Assembly: GCF_000012905.2 (NCBI RefSeq)
Contig: NC_007493.2
Span: 510,001-542,000 of the forward strand
Length of the DNA: 32,000 nt
Direction: 5' to 3'
From: Cereibacter sphaeroides 2.4.1
GTDB taxonomy: Bacteria > Pseudomonadota > Alphaproteobacteria > Rhodobacterales > Rhodobacteraceae
The notes beneath the pieces are model-generated. The model had not been told where the DNA came from and did no database searches. It worked only from the letters and a program-made list of their open reading frames with translations. Below, in pieces: positions 24,613-32,000 of this stretch. Both the position numbers and the translations under genes were made by a program. Numbering within the stretch: the stretch's first letter is position 1; each line of letters opens with the position of its first letter.

Positions 24613-25584
24613 TTGGCCGGCCACGACGATATACCCGAACTTGCGCTCGACTGGCACCGCGCGGGTCGAGCGCCCGTGATTGCCACGGTGCTCGAGACCT
24701 GGGGCTCGGCGCCGCGGCCCGCGGGAAGCCAGCTCGTGATCGCGGACGATGGCGAGATGATGGGCTCGGTCTCGGGCGGCTGCGTCGAAGGCGCCGTCAT
24801 CGCCGAGGCGGCAGAGGCGCGGGCCGACGGGCGCCCGCGGGTCCTGACCTTCGGGGTGTCCGACGACGAGGCCTTCGCAGTGGGCCTTGCCTGCGGCGGC
24901 ACGATCCGCGTGCTGGTCGAACCCGTGGGCTCCGCCCTGCCGGAGGCCGTTCTCGCCGATCTCGTGGCGGCGCGTGCGGGCCGACGGCCGGTGGCGCTGG
25001 TCTTTCACCCTGAGACGGGCGGGCATCGGCTGGCCGGCCCCGAAGAGGCGTCCGTGGCGGCCCGGCTCAGGTCCGACCGGTCGGGACTGGAGGAGGACGG
25101 CCGCTTCATCGGTATCCACAATCCGCCCCTGCGTCTGATTGTGGTGGGGGCGGTCCATATCGCCCAGCCGCTCGTGGCCATGGCCCGGATCGCGGGCTAC
25201 GGGCCCACGCTCATCGACCCGCGCAGCGCCTTCGGATCCGAGGCGCGCTTCCCGGGCGAGACCATTCTCGACGCCTGGCCCGACGAGGCGCTGGCCGGGC
25301 TCGCCCCCGACGCGCGGACGGCGGTGGTGACGCTCACCCACGATCCGAAGCTCGACGATCCGGCGATCCTCGCCGCCTTCGACAGCCCCGCCTTCTACAT
25401 CGGCTGCCTCGGCTCGCCGCGCACCCACGCGAAGCGGCTCGACAGGCTGCGAACGGCCGGCGTGCCCGAGGCGCAGATCGCGCGCATCCATGCGCCGGTG
25501 GGGCTCGACATCGGCGCGCGCAGCCCGGCCGAGATCGCGCTGTCCATCCTCGCCCAGATCACCGAGCGGCTGAGGCGCGGCTGA
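24613..25584 (+). CDS. XdhC/CoxI-family molybdoenzyme maturation factor
   Basis: N-terminal XdhC_CoxI motif ATVLETWGSAPRPAGSQLVIADDGEMMGSVSGGCVE and a C-terminal Rossmann-like part (LRLIVVGAVHIAQ). TTG start preceded by GGGGAGG. Confidence 0.8.
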   Translation: MAGHDDIPELALDWHRAGRAPVIATVLETWGSAPRPAGSQLVIADDGEMMGSVSGGCVEGAVIAEAAEARADGRPRVLTFGVSDDEAFAVGLACGGTIRVLVEPVGSALPEAVLADLVAARAGRRPVALVFHPETGGHRLAGPEEASVAARLRSDRSGLEEDGRFIGIHNPPLRLIVVGAVHIAQPLVAMARIAGYGPTLIDPRSAFGSEARFPGETILDAWPDEALAGLAPDARTAVVTLTHDPKLDDPAILAAFDSPAFYIGCLGSPRTHAKRLDRLRTAGVPEAQIARIHAPVGLDIGARSPAEIALSILAQITERLRRG

Positions 25585-26588
25585 TGCGCTTCGGAGCCGT
25601 TCCGCTCGACGAGGCGCAGGGCGCGGTCCTCGCCCATTCCGTGGCCCTGCCCGGCGGGCGGCTGCGCAAGGGCCTTGTGCTCGGTGCCACGGAGATTGCG
25701 GATCTGGCGGCGGCGGGGCATCGGGAGGTCATGGCGGCCCGGCTCGACCCGGGGGACGTGCCGGAGGATGCGGCGGCGGCGCGCCTCGCCCAGGCCCTCG
25801 TGCCCGACGAGCGGACGTCGTTGCTGGCGCGGTCGTCTGCCTTCACGGGGAGGGTCAATCTCAATGCCACCTTGCCGGGGCTGGTAATGCTCGATGCCGG
25901 CCGCATCCATGCGCTGAACCGGATCGATCCGGCCATCACGCTGGCGACGCTGGCGCCTCTGGCGCGGGTCGAGCCGGGAATGCTCGTGGGCACGGTCAAG
26001 ATCATCGCCTATGCGGTGGAGGAGACGGCGCTGGCGCAGGCCGAGGCGCTGGCACGGGGCGCACTCAGCGTCCTGCCGGTGGTGCGTCGGAGCGCGGGGC
26101 TCCTTTTGACCGAGGTGCCGGGGCAGGAGGCGAAGCTCGCGGCCAAGGGCCGCCGCGCCGTCGAGAAGAGGCTCGCGGCGCTCGGGATGGAGCTGGCCGG
26201 GGTGGAGGTGACGGCGCACGAGACGGGGCCCATGGCCGAGGCGCTGGCACGGCTGCCGGGCGAGATGCTTCTGATCCTGACCGGCTCGGCCACTTCCGAC
26301 GTGCGGGATACGGGCCCCGAGGCGCTCCGGCATGCGGGAGGCGAAGTGGCCCGGTTCGGAATGCCGGTCGATCCCGGCAATCTCCTCTTTCACGGACGGC
26401 TCGGTCCGCGCCCGGTGATCGGGCTGCCCGGCTGCGCCCGCTCGCCGGCGCTTAACGGAGCGGACTGGGTGCTGGAGCGGCTGGCCTGCGGTCTCGAGGT
26501 CGATGACGCGGCGATCGCCGCCATGGGGGTTGGGGGGCTTTTGAAGGAGATCCCCCTCCGGCCCCAGCCGAGGGAGCGGCGGGCGTGA
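25584..26588 (+). CDS. Molybdopterin-binding (MoCF_biosynth/MoeA-like) protein
   Basis: The C-terminal LLILTGSATSDVRD...FGMPVDPGNLLFHG...GLPGCARSP resembles the MoeA/CinA-type molybdopterin-binding fold. The start ATG overlaps the xdhC-like stop by 1 nt (TGATG). Confidence 0.65.
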   Translation: MRFGAVPLDEAQGAVLAHSVALPGGRLRKGLVLGATEIADLAAAGHREVMAARLDPGDVPEDAAAARLAQALVPDERTSLLARSSAFTGRVNLNATLPGLVMLDAGRIHALNRIDPAITLATLAPLARVEPGMLVGTVKIIAYAVEETALAQAEALARGALSVLPVVRRSAGLLLTEVPGQEAKLAAKGRRAVEKRLAALGMELAGVEVTAHETGPMAEALARLPGEMLLILTGSATSDVRDTGPEALRHAGGEVARFGMPVDPGNLLFHGRLGPRPVIGLPGCARSPALNGADWVLERLACGLEVDDAAIAAMGVGGLLKEIPLRPQPRERRA

Positions 26589-26613
26589 GCGTCACTGGCG
26601 CCCGGACATGAAG

Positions 26614-26634
26614 AAGGGGGCCGCCGGCCCCCTT
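26614..26634. terminator. Probable bidirectional terminator hairpin between convergent genes
   Basis: AAGGGGGCC-GCC-GGCCCCCTT (9-bp stem). Short T-containing tracts flank it on both strands. It lies between the stop at 26588 (+) and the infC stop at 26660 (-). Confidence 0.55.
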
Positions 26635-26659
26635 GCTTCGGCTCATCCGAGGTGGCGCC

Positions 26660-27205
26660 TCATTTCGGCGCGATCATCATCACCATCTGGCGGCCTTCGA
26701 GTTTCGGCATCGCCTCGACCTTGCCGGCCTCGGCCTCCGAGACATGGGCCGCGACGCGGTTCAGAAGCTCCAGACCAAGCTCCTGGTGCGCCATCTCGCG
26801 GCCGCGGAAGCGCAGGGTGACCTTCACCTTGTCGCCTTCGCTGAGGAATTTCAGCACGGAGCGCATCTTCACATCGTAATCGTGGGTATCGGTCCCGGGA
26901 CGGAACTTGATCTCCTTGATCTCGATGATGTGCTGCTTCTTGCGGGCCTCGGCCTCGCGTTTCTGCTGCTCGTACTTGAACTTGCCGAAGTCCATGATCT
27001 TGCAGACCGGCGGTTCCGCGTTCGGCGAGATCTCGACAAGATCAAGACCGGCCTCTTCGGCCATCATCATGGCACGGGAGGGGGTGACGACTCCGATGTT
27101 CTCGCCATTGGCGCCGATCAGTCGGACCTCGGGGCAGCGGATTCGCTCGTTGACACGGGGGCCCGTTTCGCGTTGCGGCGGGGCGTTGTGGGGTCTGCGG
27201 GCTAT
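26660..27205 (-). CDS. infC: Translation initiation factor IF-3, non-canonical ATA start
   Basis: Conserved INERIR...[15 protein letters not shown]...[26 protein letters not shown]...KEIKFRP core. The ATA at 27203-27205 is preceded by AAGGAA with a 7-nt spacer and gives a typical 181-aa IF-3. The only upstream canonical-type start (TTG 27271) lies inside the predicted promoter. Confidence 0.8.
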   Translation of the reverse strand: MARRPHNAPPQRETGPRVNERIRCPEVRLIGANGENIGVVTPSRAMMMAEEAGLDLVEISPNAEPPVCKIMDFGKFKYEQQKREAEARKKQHIIEIKEIKFRPGTDTHDYDVKMRSVLKFLSEGDKVKVTLRFRGREMAHQELGLELLNRVAAHVSEAEAGKVEAMPKLEGRQMVMMIAPK

Positions 27206-27242
27206 GGTGGCGTTCCTTGTGCAGTTGGCAATTGTGCGGCGC

Positions 27243-27271
27243 AAAATAGTGTCCCGGCCGTTGCCTTTCAA
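27243..27271 (-). promoter_or_regulatory. Putative infC promoter TTGAAA-N17-TATTTT
   Basis: On the minus strand, -35 at 27266-27271 and -10 at 27243-27248 with exactly 17 nt between. This predicts a leader of about 30 nt. Confidence 0.45.
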
Positions 27272-27369
27272 CCGAATTCGGGCAGGCAGCAGGGGCTTTG
27301 CGGGGAACGGGGTGCGGCATGGCGACGTTTTCCCCTGCAGCCGGAATGGCGTGGCTGGAGGGAGCTGGA

Positions 27370-28005
27370 ATGAACAGGATTGCGATCATCGTCGGGCTTG
27401 TGCTGCTCGCGGCAGCGGGCTTCGGCTGGTACCAGTATAGCTACCTGCCCGATCAGGAAGCGGCCGAAGCCGCCCGCGTGGCAGAGGAAGATGCGGCGCG
27501 CGCCGCCGACGAGGCGCGGGAGGCGGCGGAGGCCGCCCGCGAGGAAGCCGCGGCCGCGGCCGAAGAGACCGAGGATGCGGCGGCGCAGGCGGCCTCCGAC
27601 GCCGCGGCTGCCGCCGATGCGGCCACCGCCGCCGCCTCGGATGCCGCCGCCGCCGCGGCCGCCGCCACCGAGGAAGCCGCGCGTACCGCCGGTGAGGCCG
27701 CGTCTTCGGCGGCGGATGCAGCCGTCGAGGCTGCGAAGGAGGCCGCCGCCGCGGCGACCCTGGCCGCCCGCAACGCAGCCGACGCGGCGGGCGAGCTCCT
27801 GCCCGAGGATCTGCTGCGCGTCGAAACCTTCGACCGGGCCCGGGTCGATGCGATGATCGACAGCTCGGACCTCGATCCCTCCACCAAGGAGCGGCTGAAG
27901 AACACGATCGACGCGGCCCAGTCGACGCCCGAACTGCTGGGGCCGGCGCTCGAGACGGTGCGCACCTCGCTCGGCTTCGCCCCCTCTGCGGCAGAGGCGG
28001 ACTGA
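27370..28005 (+). CDS. N-terminally anchored Ala/Glu/Asp-rich low-complexity protein
   Basis: The ATG at 27370 follows GGAGGGAG. Single N-terminal hydrophobic helix [21 protein letters not shown], then about 120 aa of A/E/D repeats, then a more ordinary C-terminal 60 aa. Confidence 0.6.
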   Translation: MNRIAIIVGLVLLAAAGFGWYQYSYLPDQEAAEAARVAEEDAARAADEAREAAEAAREEAAAAAEETEDAAAQAASDAAAAADAATAAASDAAAAAAAATEEAARTAGEAASSAADAAVEAAKEAAAAATLAARNAADAAGELLPEDLLRVETFDRARVDAMIDSSDLDPSTKERLKNTIDAAQSTPELLGPALETVRTSLGFAPSAAEAD

Positions 28006-28070
28006 GGCCGGTGCGCGCGGGAGCCCTGAGCGCGAAGGTCAGGGCTGCCGTTCACGAAGCGCGAAATGCA

Positions 28071-28101
28071 AGACCGCCGCGCGGGGTCCGCGCGGCGGTC
28101 T
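28071..28101. terminator. Probable bidirectional terminator hairpin
   Basis: AGACCGCCGCGCGG-GGT-CCGCGCGGCGGTCT: a 14-bp perfect stem between convergent stops at 28005 (+) and 28119 (-). Confidence 0.6.
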
Positions 28102-28118
28102 GGGTTGTCTCGGCGATC

Positions 28119-28925
28119 TTAGATCCCGTCGCCGACGAAGGCCTTCTCGACCACATATTGCAGCGGTTCCGAGTTCGCGCCCTCGCGCAGGCCGAAGCTC
28201 TCGAGCACGGTCTTGACGTCGAGGTTGAACTGGAGCGAGCCGCAGACCATCGCGCGGTCTTCCTCGAGGTTCATCTTCGGCACGCCCAGATCCTCGAACA
28301 CCTTGCCCGAGCTGAGGTTGTCGGTGATCCGACCCATCCGGTCCGAGGTCTCGCGCGTGGTGGTGGGATAGTAGAGCAGCTTGTCGCCCACCATCTCGCC
28401 GATCAGCGGATCGTCCTTCAGGCTCTCGACCAGTTGGCGGCCATATTCGAGCTCGGCCTGCTCGCGGCAGGTGTGCATCATGATGACCTGCTCGTAGCGC
28501 TCGTAGGTCTCGGGGTCGCGCATCAGCGAGGCGAAGGGCGCGATGCCGGTGCCGGTGGCGAGGAACCAGATCCGCTTGCCGGGCAGAAGCGCGTCGAGAA
28601 CGAGCGTCCCCACCGGCTTCGGACGCAGGATGATCTGGTCGCCGGGCTGGATATGCTGGAGCCGCGAGGTCAGCGGACCGTCCGGCACCTTGATCGAGTA
28701 GAATTCGAGCTCTTCGTCCCAGTTGGGCGAGGCGATGGAATAGGCGCGCATGATCGGCTTGCCGCGCTCGTCGAGCAGCCCGATCATCACGAACTCGCCC
28801 GAGCGGAACCGCAGCGACTGCGGACGGGTCACGCGGAAGGAAAAGAGACGGTCCGTCCAATGCTGCACCGAGGTCACGGTCTGCGCATCGGGCAGGGTCT
28901 TCACAATGGCGGCGTTCTGGTTCAT
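28119..28925 (-). CDS. fpr: Ferredoxin--NADP+ reductase (bacterial Fpr type)
   Basis: FAD motif RAYSIAS, NADP motif LATGTGIAPF, and the C-terminal EKAFVGDGI. ATG at 28923-28925 (MNQNAAIV). Confidence 0.85.
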   Translation of the reverse strand: MNQNAAIVKTLPDAQTVTSVQHWTDRLFSFRVTRPQSLRFRSGEFVMIGLLDERGKPIMRAYSIASPNWDEELEFYSIKVPDGPLTSRLQHIQPGDQIILRPKPVGTLVLDALLPGKRIWFLATGTGIAPFASLMRDPETYERYEQVIMMHTCREQAELEYGRQLVESLKDDPLIGEMVGDKLLYYPTTTRETSDRMGRITDNLSSGKVFEDLGVPKMNLEEDRAMVCGSLQFNLDVKTVLESFGLREGANSEPLQYVVEKAFVGDGI

Positions 28926-28987
28926 GGCTCGGTCCCCTTGGTCCGCTCTTTCAGTAAAACTTCGCACCCCGCGAAGAAAGGCCGGAA

Positions 28988-29395
28988 TCAGCGCTTAAGC
29001 TGCGACTGATAGTCATGGTTTTGCCAGTCGGCGCGAAAGAGCCATTGATCCTCGGGCTGACGGGCGGCGAGATCGTCGGGGATTTCCACCTCGTCGAAGC
29101 CGGAACGACGGGCCATGGCATATTGATCCGCGATGAGCGGCCCATGCGCGCGCAGCCGCCCGCGGTAGCCCATCCGCCGCAGCCGCTTGGCAAGCGTGAA
29201 GCCCCGCCCGTCGCTGAAGGAGGGGAAGGCGATGCGGATGAGGCCCAGCTGCTCCAGCCGGTTGCCGAGGCGCGCCGGATCGTCGGTGTTGGTCAGATCG
29301 ACGGCCTCGGCCCCGTCTTCCAGCGCCTCGAGCGATGCGATCGCCCCCGGCCAATCGTCGGCCGCGAAGCCCTTGTCGGTGACGATGACGCTCAT
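28988..29395 (-). CDS. DUF934-family protein (sulfite-reductase-associated)
   Basis: IAFPSFSDGRGFTLAKRLRRMGYRGRLRAHGPLIADQYAMARRSGFDEVEI matches my recollection of DUF934. The start ATG at 29393-29395 overlaps the cysH stop (ATGA). Confidence 0.7.
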   Translation of the reverse strand: MSVIVTDKGFAADDWPGAIASLEALEDGAEAVDLTNTDDPARLGNRLEQLGLIRIAFPSFSDGRGFTLAKRLRRMGYRGRLRAHGPLIADQYAMARRSGFDEVEIPDDLAARQPEDQWLFRADWQNHDYQSQLKR

Positions 29396-30147
29396 GCCGC
29401 GTCCTCCTTGTTCACGGGTCCGCGCACCGCGCGGCCGTTGATGAAATGGATGCCGCATTCGGTCTTGGCGCTGCCGCGCCAGCGGCCCGCGCGGGGATCC
29501 TCTCCCTCGGCCACCGGCGAGGTGCAGGGCTCGCAGCCGATCGAGGGATAGCCCCTGGCGACCAGCGGATGACGCGGCAGGTTGTTGTTGACGATATAGT
29601 CTTCCAGATCCTCGCGCCCCCAGTGGGCGAGCGGATTGACCTTGATGCGCCGGTCGTCCTCGGCCTCGAAGAACTCGACCGCCGCCCGCGTGCCGCTCTG
29701 GTAGCGCTTGCGGCCGGTGATCCAGCCATCGAAATGCTTGAGCGCCCGTTCGAGCGGCTCGACCTTGCGCACCGCGCAGCAGGCGTCGGTGTTGTAGCGG
29801 TTCAGCGTCCCGTCCGGATCCTCGAAGGCGATCCGCGGCTGGGTCGCCCGGATCGTGCGGATGTCGCAGAGGTGCAGCGTGTCGGCCAGCTCGCGCTGAT
29901 AGTCGAGCGTCTCCTGAAACAGCATCCGCGTGTCGATGAAGATCACCGGCGTCTCGGGCGCGATGACCGAGACGAGATGCAAAAGCACGACCGACTCGGC
30001 CCCGAAGGAGGAGACAAGCGCCACCCGGCCCAGATCCGCATCCTTCAGCGCATGTTCGAGCACGGCCGTCGCGCCGTGGTGCTTGTAGCGACCGTTGAGC
30101 GCCGCCACGCGCTCGGCGACCGGGGCCTGGGGAACCTCACGCAGCAT
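29392..30147 (-). CDS. cysH: Assimilatory adenylyl-/phosphoadenylyl-sulfate reductase (Fe-S type, likely APS reductase)
   Basis: PP-loop-type SSFGAESVVLLH. Cys pair DACCAVRKVEPL plus SIGCEPCT (CC...CxxC cluster ligands). Catalytic ECGIH. 251 aa from the ATG at 30145-30147. Confidence 0.9.
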   Translation of the reverse strand: MLREVPQAPVAERVAALNGRYKHHGATAVLEHALKDADLGRVALVSSFGAESVVLLHLVSVIAPETPVIFIDTRMLFQETLDYQRELADTLHLCDIRTIRATQPRIAFEDPDGTLNRYNTDACCAVRKVEPLERALKHFDGWITGRKRYQSGTRAAVEFFEAEDDRRIKVNPLAHWGREDLEDYIVNNNLPRHPLVARGYPSIGCEPCTSPVAEGEDPRAGRWRGSAKTECGIHFINGRAVRGPVNKEDAA

Positions 30148-31807
30148 CCTGCTTGCCTTCCGCCTCATAGAGCGCCGCCTTGAAGGGCGCATGGCCCACG
30201 CGCCGCAGCGTGTCGAGGAACGTCTCGGAGGGCTCGCTGCGGATCTCGAGATAGGCGCGCACGATCCGTTCGACGGCGGGCACGATCTCGTCGTAGGCGA
30301 AGCCCGGGCCGGTCTTCTCGCCGATGGCCGCCGTCTCGGTGCCGTCGCCGCCGAGCGTGATCTGGTAGTTCTCGACGCCGGCGCGGTCGAGGCCGAGGAT
30401 GCCGATATGGCCGACATGGTGGTGACCGCAGGCATTGATGCAGCCCGAGATCTTGATCTTCAGCGGGCCCACCTCATGCTCGAGATCGAGCGTATCGAAG
30501 CGCGTGGCGATCTCCTGCGCGACCGGGATCGAGCGGGCGGTGGCCAGCGCGCAGTAATCCATGCCGGGGCAGGCGATGATGTCCGAGATGAGCCCCACGT
30601 TGGCCGTGGCGAGCCCCGCCTGCGCCAGCGCCGCATGGACCGCCGGAAGATCGGCCTTGTGGACATGCGGCAGGATCACGTTCTGCTCGTGGCTGATGCG
30701 CAGCTCGTCATGGCCGTAGCGTTCGGCCAGATCGGCCATGACCCGCATCTGCTCGGCCGTGGCGTCGCCGGGCGTGGCCCCGTGCGCCTTCAGGCTGATC
30801 GTGACGATGGCGTAATCGGCGTTGCGGTGGCGGGCAAGGTTGGTGTCCGCCCAGGCCCGGAAGATCGGATCCGCCCGGTAGAAATCGTCATAGGCGGCGG
30901 TCGGCGCCTGCCGGAAGGCGGGCGGCGCGAAGGCCCGTTCGATCTCGGCCAGAAGCGCCATGTCCTGCCCGCCGAACTCGGCGCGGGTCTCGAGGAACCG
31001 CTCCTCGATGATCTCGCGCAGCGGCTCGAGCCCGGTCTCGTGGACTAGGATCTTCACCCGCGCCTTGTATTTGTTGTCGCGCCGGCCGAGCTCGTTGTAG
31101 ACGCCGAGGATGGCCTCGACATAGGGCAGCAGGTCCGCCTTGGGCAGGAAGTCGCGGACCACGCGGCCGATCATCGGCGTCCGGCCGAGGCCGCCGCCCA
31201 CGATCACCTCGAAGCCCGGCTCTCCGTCGGCGTTGCGCACCATGCGCAGGCCGATGTCGTGCGACTTCGTGACCGCGCGGTCGTTGGGCGAGCCGGTGAT
31301 GGCGATCTTGAACTTGCGCGGCAGGAACTGGAACTCGGGATGGTCGGTCGACCATTGGCGCAGAAGCTCGGCCACCGGGCGCGGATCCTCGATCTCGTCG
31401 GCGGCGGCGCCGGCGAAATGGTCCGCCGTCACGTTGCGCACGCAGTTGCCCGAGGTCTGAATGGCATGCATCCCGACGTCGGCCAGGGCCGAGAGGATCT
31501 CGGGCACGTCGCCGAGCTTGGGCCAGTTGAACTGGATGTTCTGGCGCGTGGTGAAATGGCCGTAGCCCTTGTCCCACCGCTCGGCGATCATGGCGAGCTG
31601 GCGCATCTTGCGGCTGTCGAGGGTGCCGTAGGGGATCGCCACGCGCAGCATGTAGGCATGGAGCTGCAGGTAGAGTCCGTTCATCAGCCGGAGCGGCTTG
31701 AACTCGTCCTCGGTGAGCGAGCCGTCGATGCGGCGGCGGACCTGCTCGCTGAACTGGGCGACGCGGGTGCGGACGAAGGCTTCGTCGAAGTCGGTGTAGC
31801 TGTACAT
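30137..31807 (-). CDS. cysI: Sulfite reductase hemoprotein (siroheme/4Fe-4S, NirA/CysI family)
   Basis: Nitrite/sulfite reductase ferredoxin-like repeats. Cluster/siroheme cysteines ACPGMDYCALA and SGCINACGHHH. 556 aa. Confidence 0.9.
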   Translation of the reverse strand: MYSYTDFDEAFVRTRVAQFSEQVRRRIDGSLTEDEFKPLRLMNGLYLQLHAYMLRVAIPYGTLDSRKMRQLAMIAERWDKGYGHFTTRQNIQFNWPKLGDVPEILSALADVGMHAIQTSGNCVRNVTADHFAGAAADEIEDPRPVAELLRQWSTDHPEFQFLPRKFKIAITGSPNDRAVTKSHDIGLRMVRNADGEPGFEVIVGGGLGRTPMIGRVVRDFLPKADLLPYVEAILGVYNELGRRDNKYKARVKILVHETGLEPLREIIEERFLETRAEFGGQDMALLAEIERAFAPPAFRQAPTAAYDDFYRADPIFRAWADTNLARHRNADYAIVTISLKAHGATPGDATAEQMRVMADLAERYGHDELRISHEQNVILPHVHKADLPAVHAALAQAGLATANVGLISDIIACPGMDYCALATARSIPVAQEIATRFDTLDLEHEVGPLKIKISGCINACGHHHVGHIGILGLDRAGVENYQITLGGDGTETAAIGEKTGPGFAYDEIVPAVERIVRAYLEIRSEPSETFLDTLRRVGHAPFKAALYEAEGKQDAA

Positions 31808-31833
31808 GGCTGCCTCTTCCCGGACCGGTGGCG

Positions 31834-32000
31834 TCAGAGCGCCGCCGCCTCCTGCTTGCCGTGGCGATAGTTCGAGGGGCCGCGCGTGCGGAAGACCTCA
31901 CGGAAATGGATGGGCTCGGGGCCGTCGGGGCCGGCCTTCGCGTCGGCAAGATAGGGGCCCACCACCTCGGCCTTGCGCGCCGCCGCATGGAGCAGGCGGA
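31834..32000 (-). CDS. 3' end of an upstream gene (possibly DUF2849-like), truncated by the window edge
   Basis: My manual translation of the minus strand gives ...RKAEVVGPYLADAKAGPDGPEPIHFREVFRTRGPSNYRHGKQEAAAL, with stop TGA at 31834-31836, 26 nt upstream of cysI. This ORF is absent from the ORF track because it has no in-window start. Confidence 0.4.
   Translation of the reverse strand, partial: RLLHAAARKAEVVGPYLADAKAGPDGPEPIHFREVFRTRGPSNYRHGKQEAAAL

Noticed and set aside
22092-24902. 936-aa minus-strand ORF, the longest in the window
   Set aside because: It is antisense to the OmpA-family gene, whose frame has a signal peptide and a recognisable OmpA_C domain. The minus-strand translation is low-complexity Arg/Ala/Gly/Leu sequence, and the absence of stops is explained by GC-rich repeats.
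27206-27271. TTG at 27269-27271 as the infC start (203-aa form from the ORF track)
   Set aside because: No RBS precedes it. It lies inside the best promoter candidate, and the extra 22 residues are not part of conserved IF-3. The ATA at 27205 with an AAGGAA RBS fits better.
1-32000. CRISPR arrays, IS elements, rRNA, toxin-antitoxin pairs and known defence-system genes
   Set aside because: None seen on visual inspection. The only repeats are in-gene tandem repeats (21899-22174, 23181-23258) and short GC hairpins. A systematic repeat and HMM scan would be needed to confirm absence.

Overview
High-GC (roughly 65-70% by eye) alphaproteobacterial chromosomal DNA. Gene content, BioR boxes and codon bias suggest a Rhodobacter/Cereibacter-like Rhodobacterales genome, but that is inference only. 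The window is densely coding core genome: about 36 protein genes, one tRNA-Leu(UAA), and no recognisable transposase, integrase, prophage, CRISPR array or rRNA. Recognisable blocks, in order: a lytic transglycosylase (5'-truncated); scoAB plus a mini-GNAT; tRNA-Leu; a LysR regulator; a coupled cupin / DsbA-like isomerase / GNAT operon facing a hydrolase-ATPase pair; an unknown-ORF / MOSC / pdxY operon divergent from a MocR-type regulator; bioR-bioY-bioB with three BioR boxes; dusA; a TauE/SafE permease; dnaB preceded by DnaA-box-like repeats; pyrE-pyrC; a CoxD/CoxE-like MoxR-VWA pair and an XdhC/molybdopterin-binding pair separated by two secreted proteins that share an N-terminal module; infC with a non-canonical ATA start; an Ala/Glu-rich anchored protein; and an assimilatory sulfite-reduction cluster (DUF2849-like, cysI, cysH, DUF934, fpr). 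Many long ORFs in the six-frame track are antisense or shadow ORFs typical of high-GC DNA and are rejected. I found no clear-cut novel defence or mobile system. The most interesting candidates are the orphan Mo-enzyme maturation set split by the paralogous envelope-protein pair, the MocR/pdxY/MOSC module, the dnaB upstream DnaA-box cluster, and the CysJ-less sulfite reductase cluster with two DUF genes. All family assignments rest on motif recognition by eye. No database search was run.
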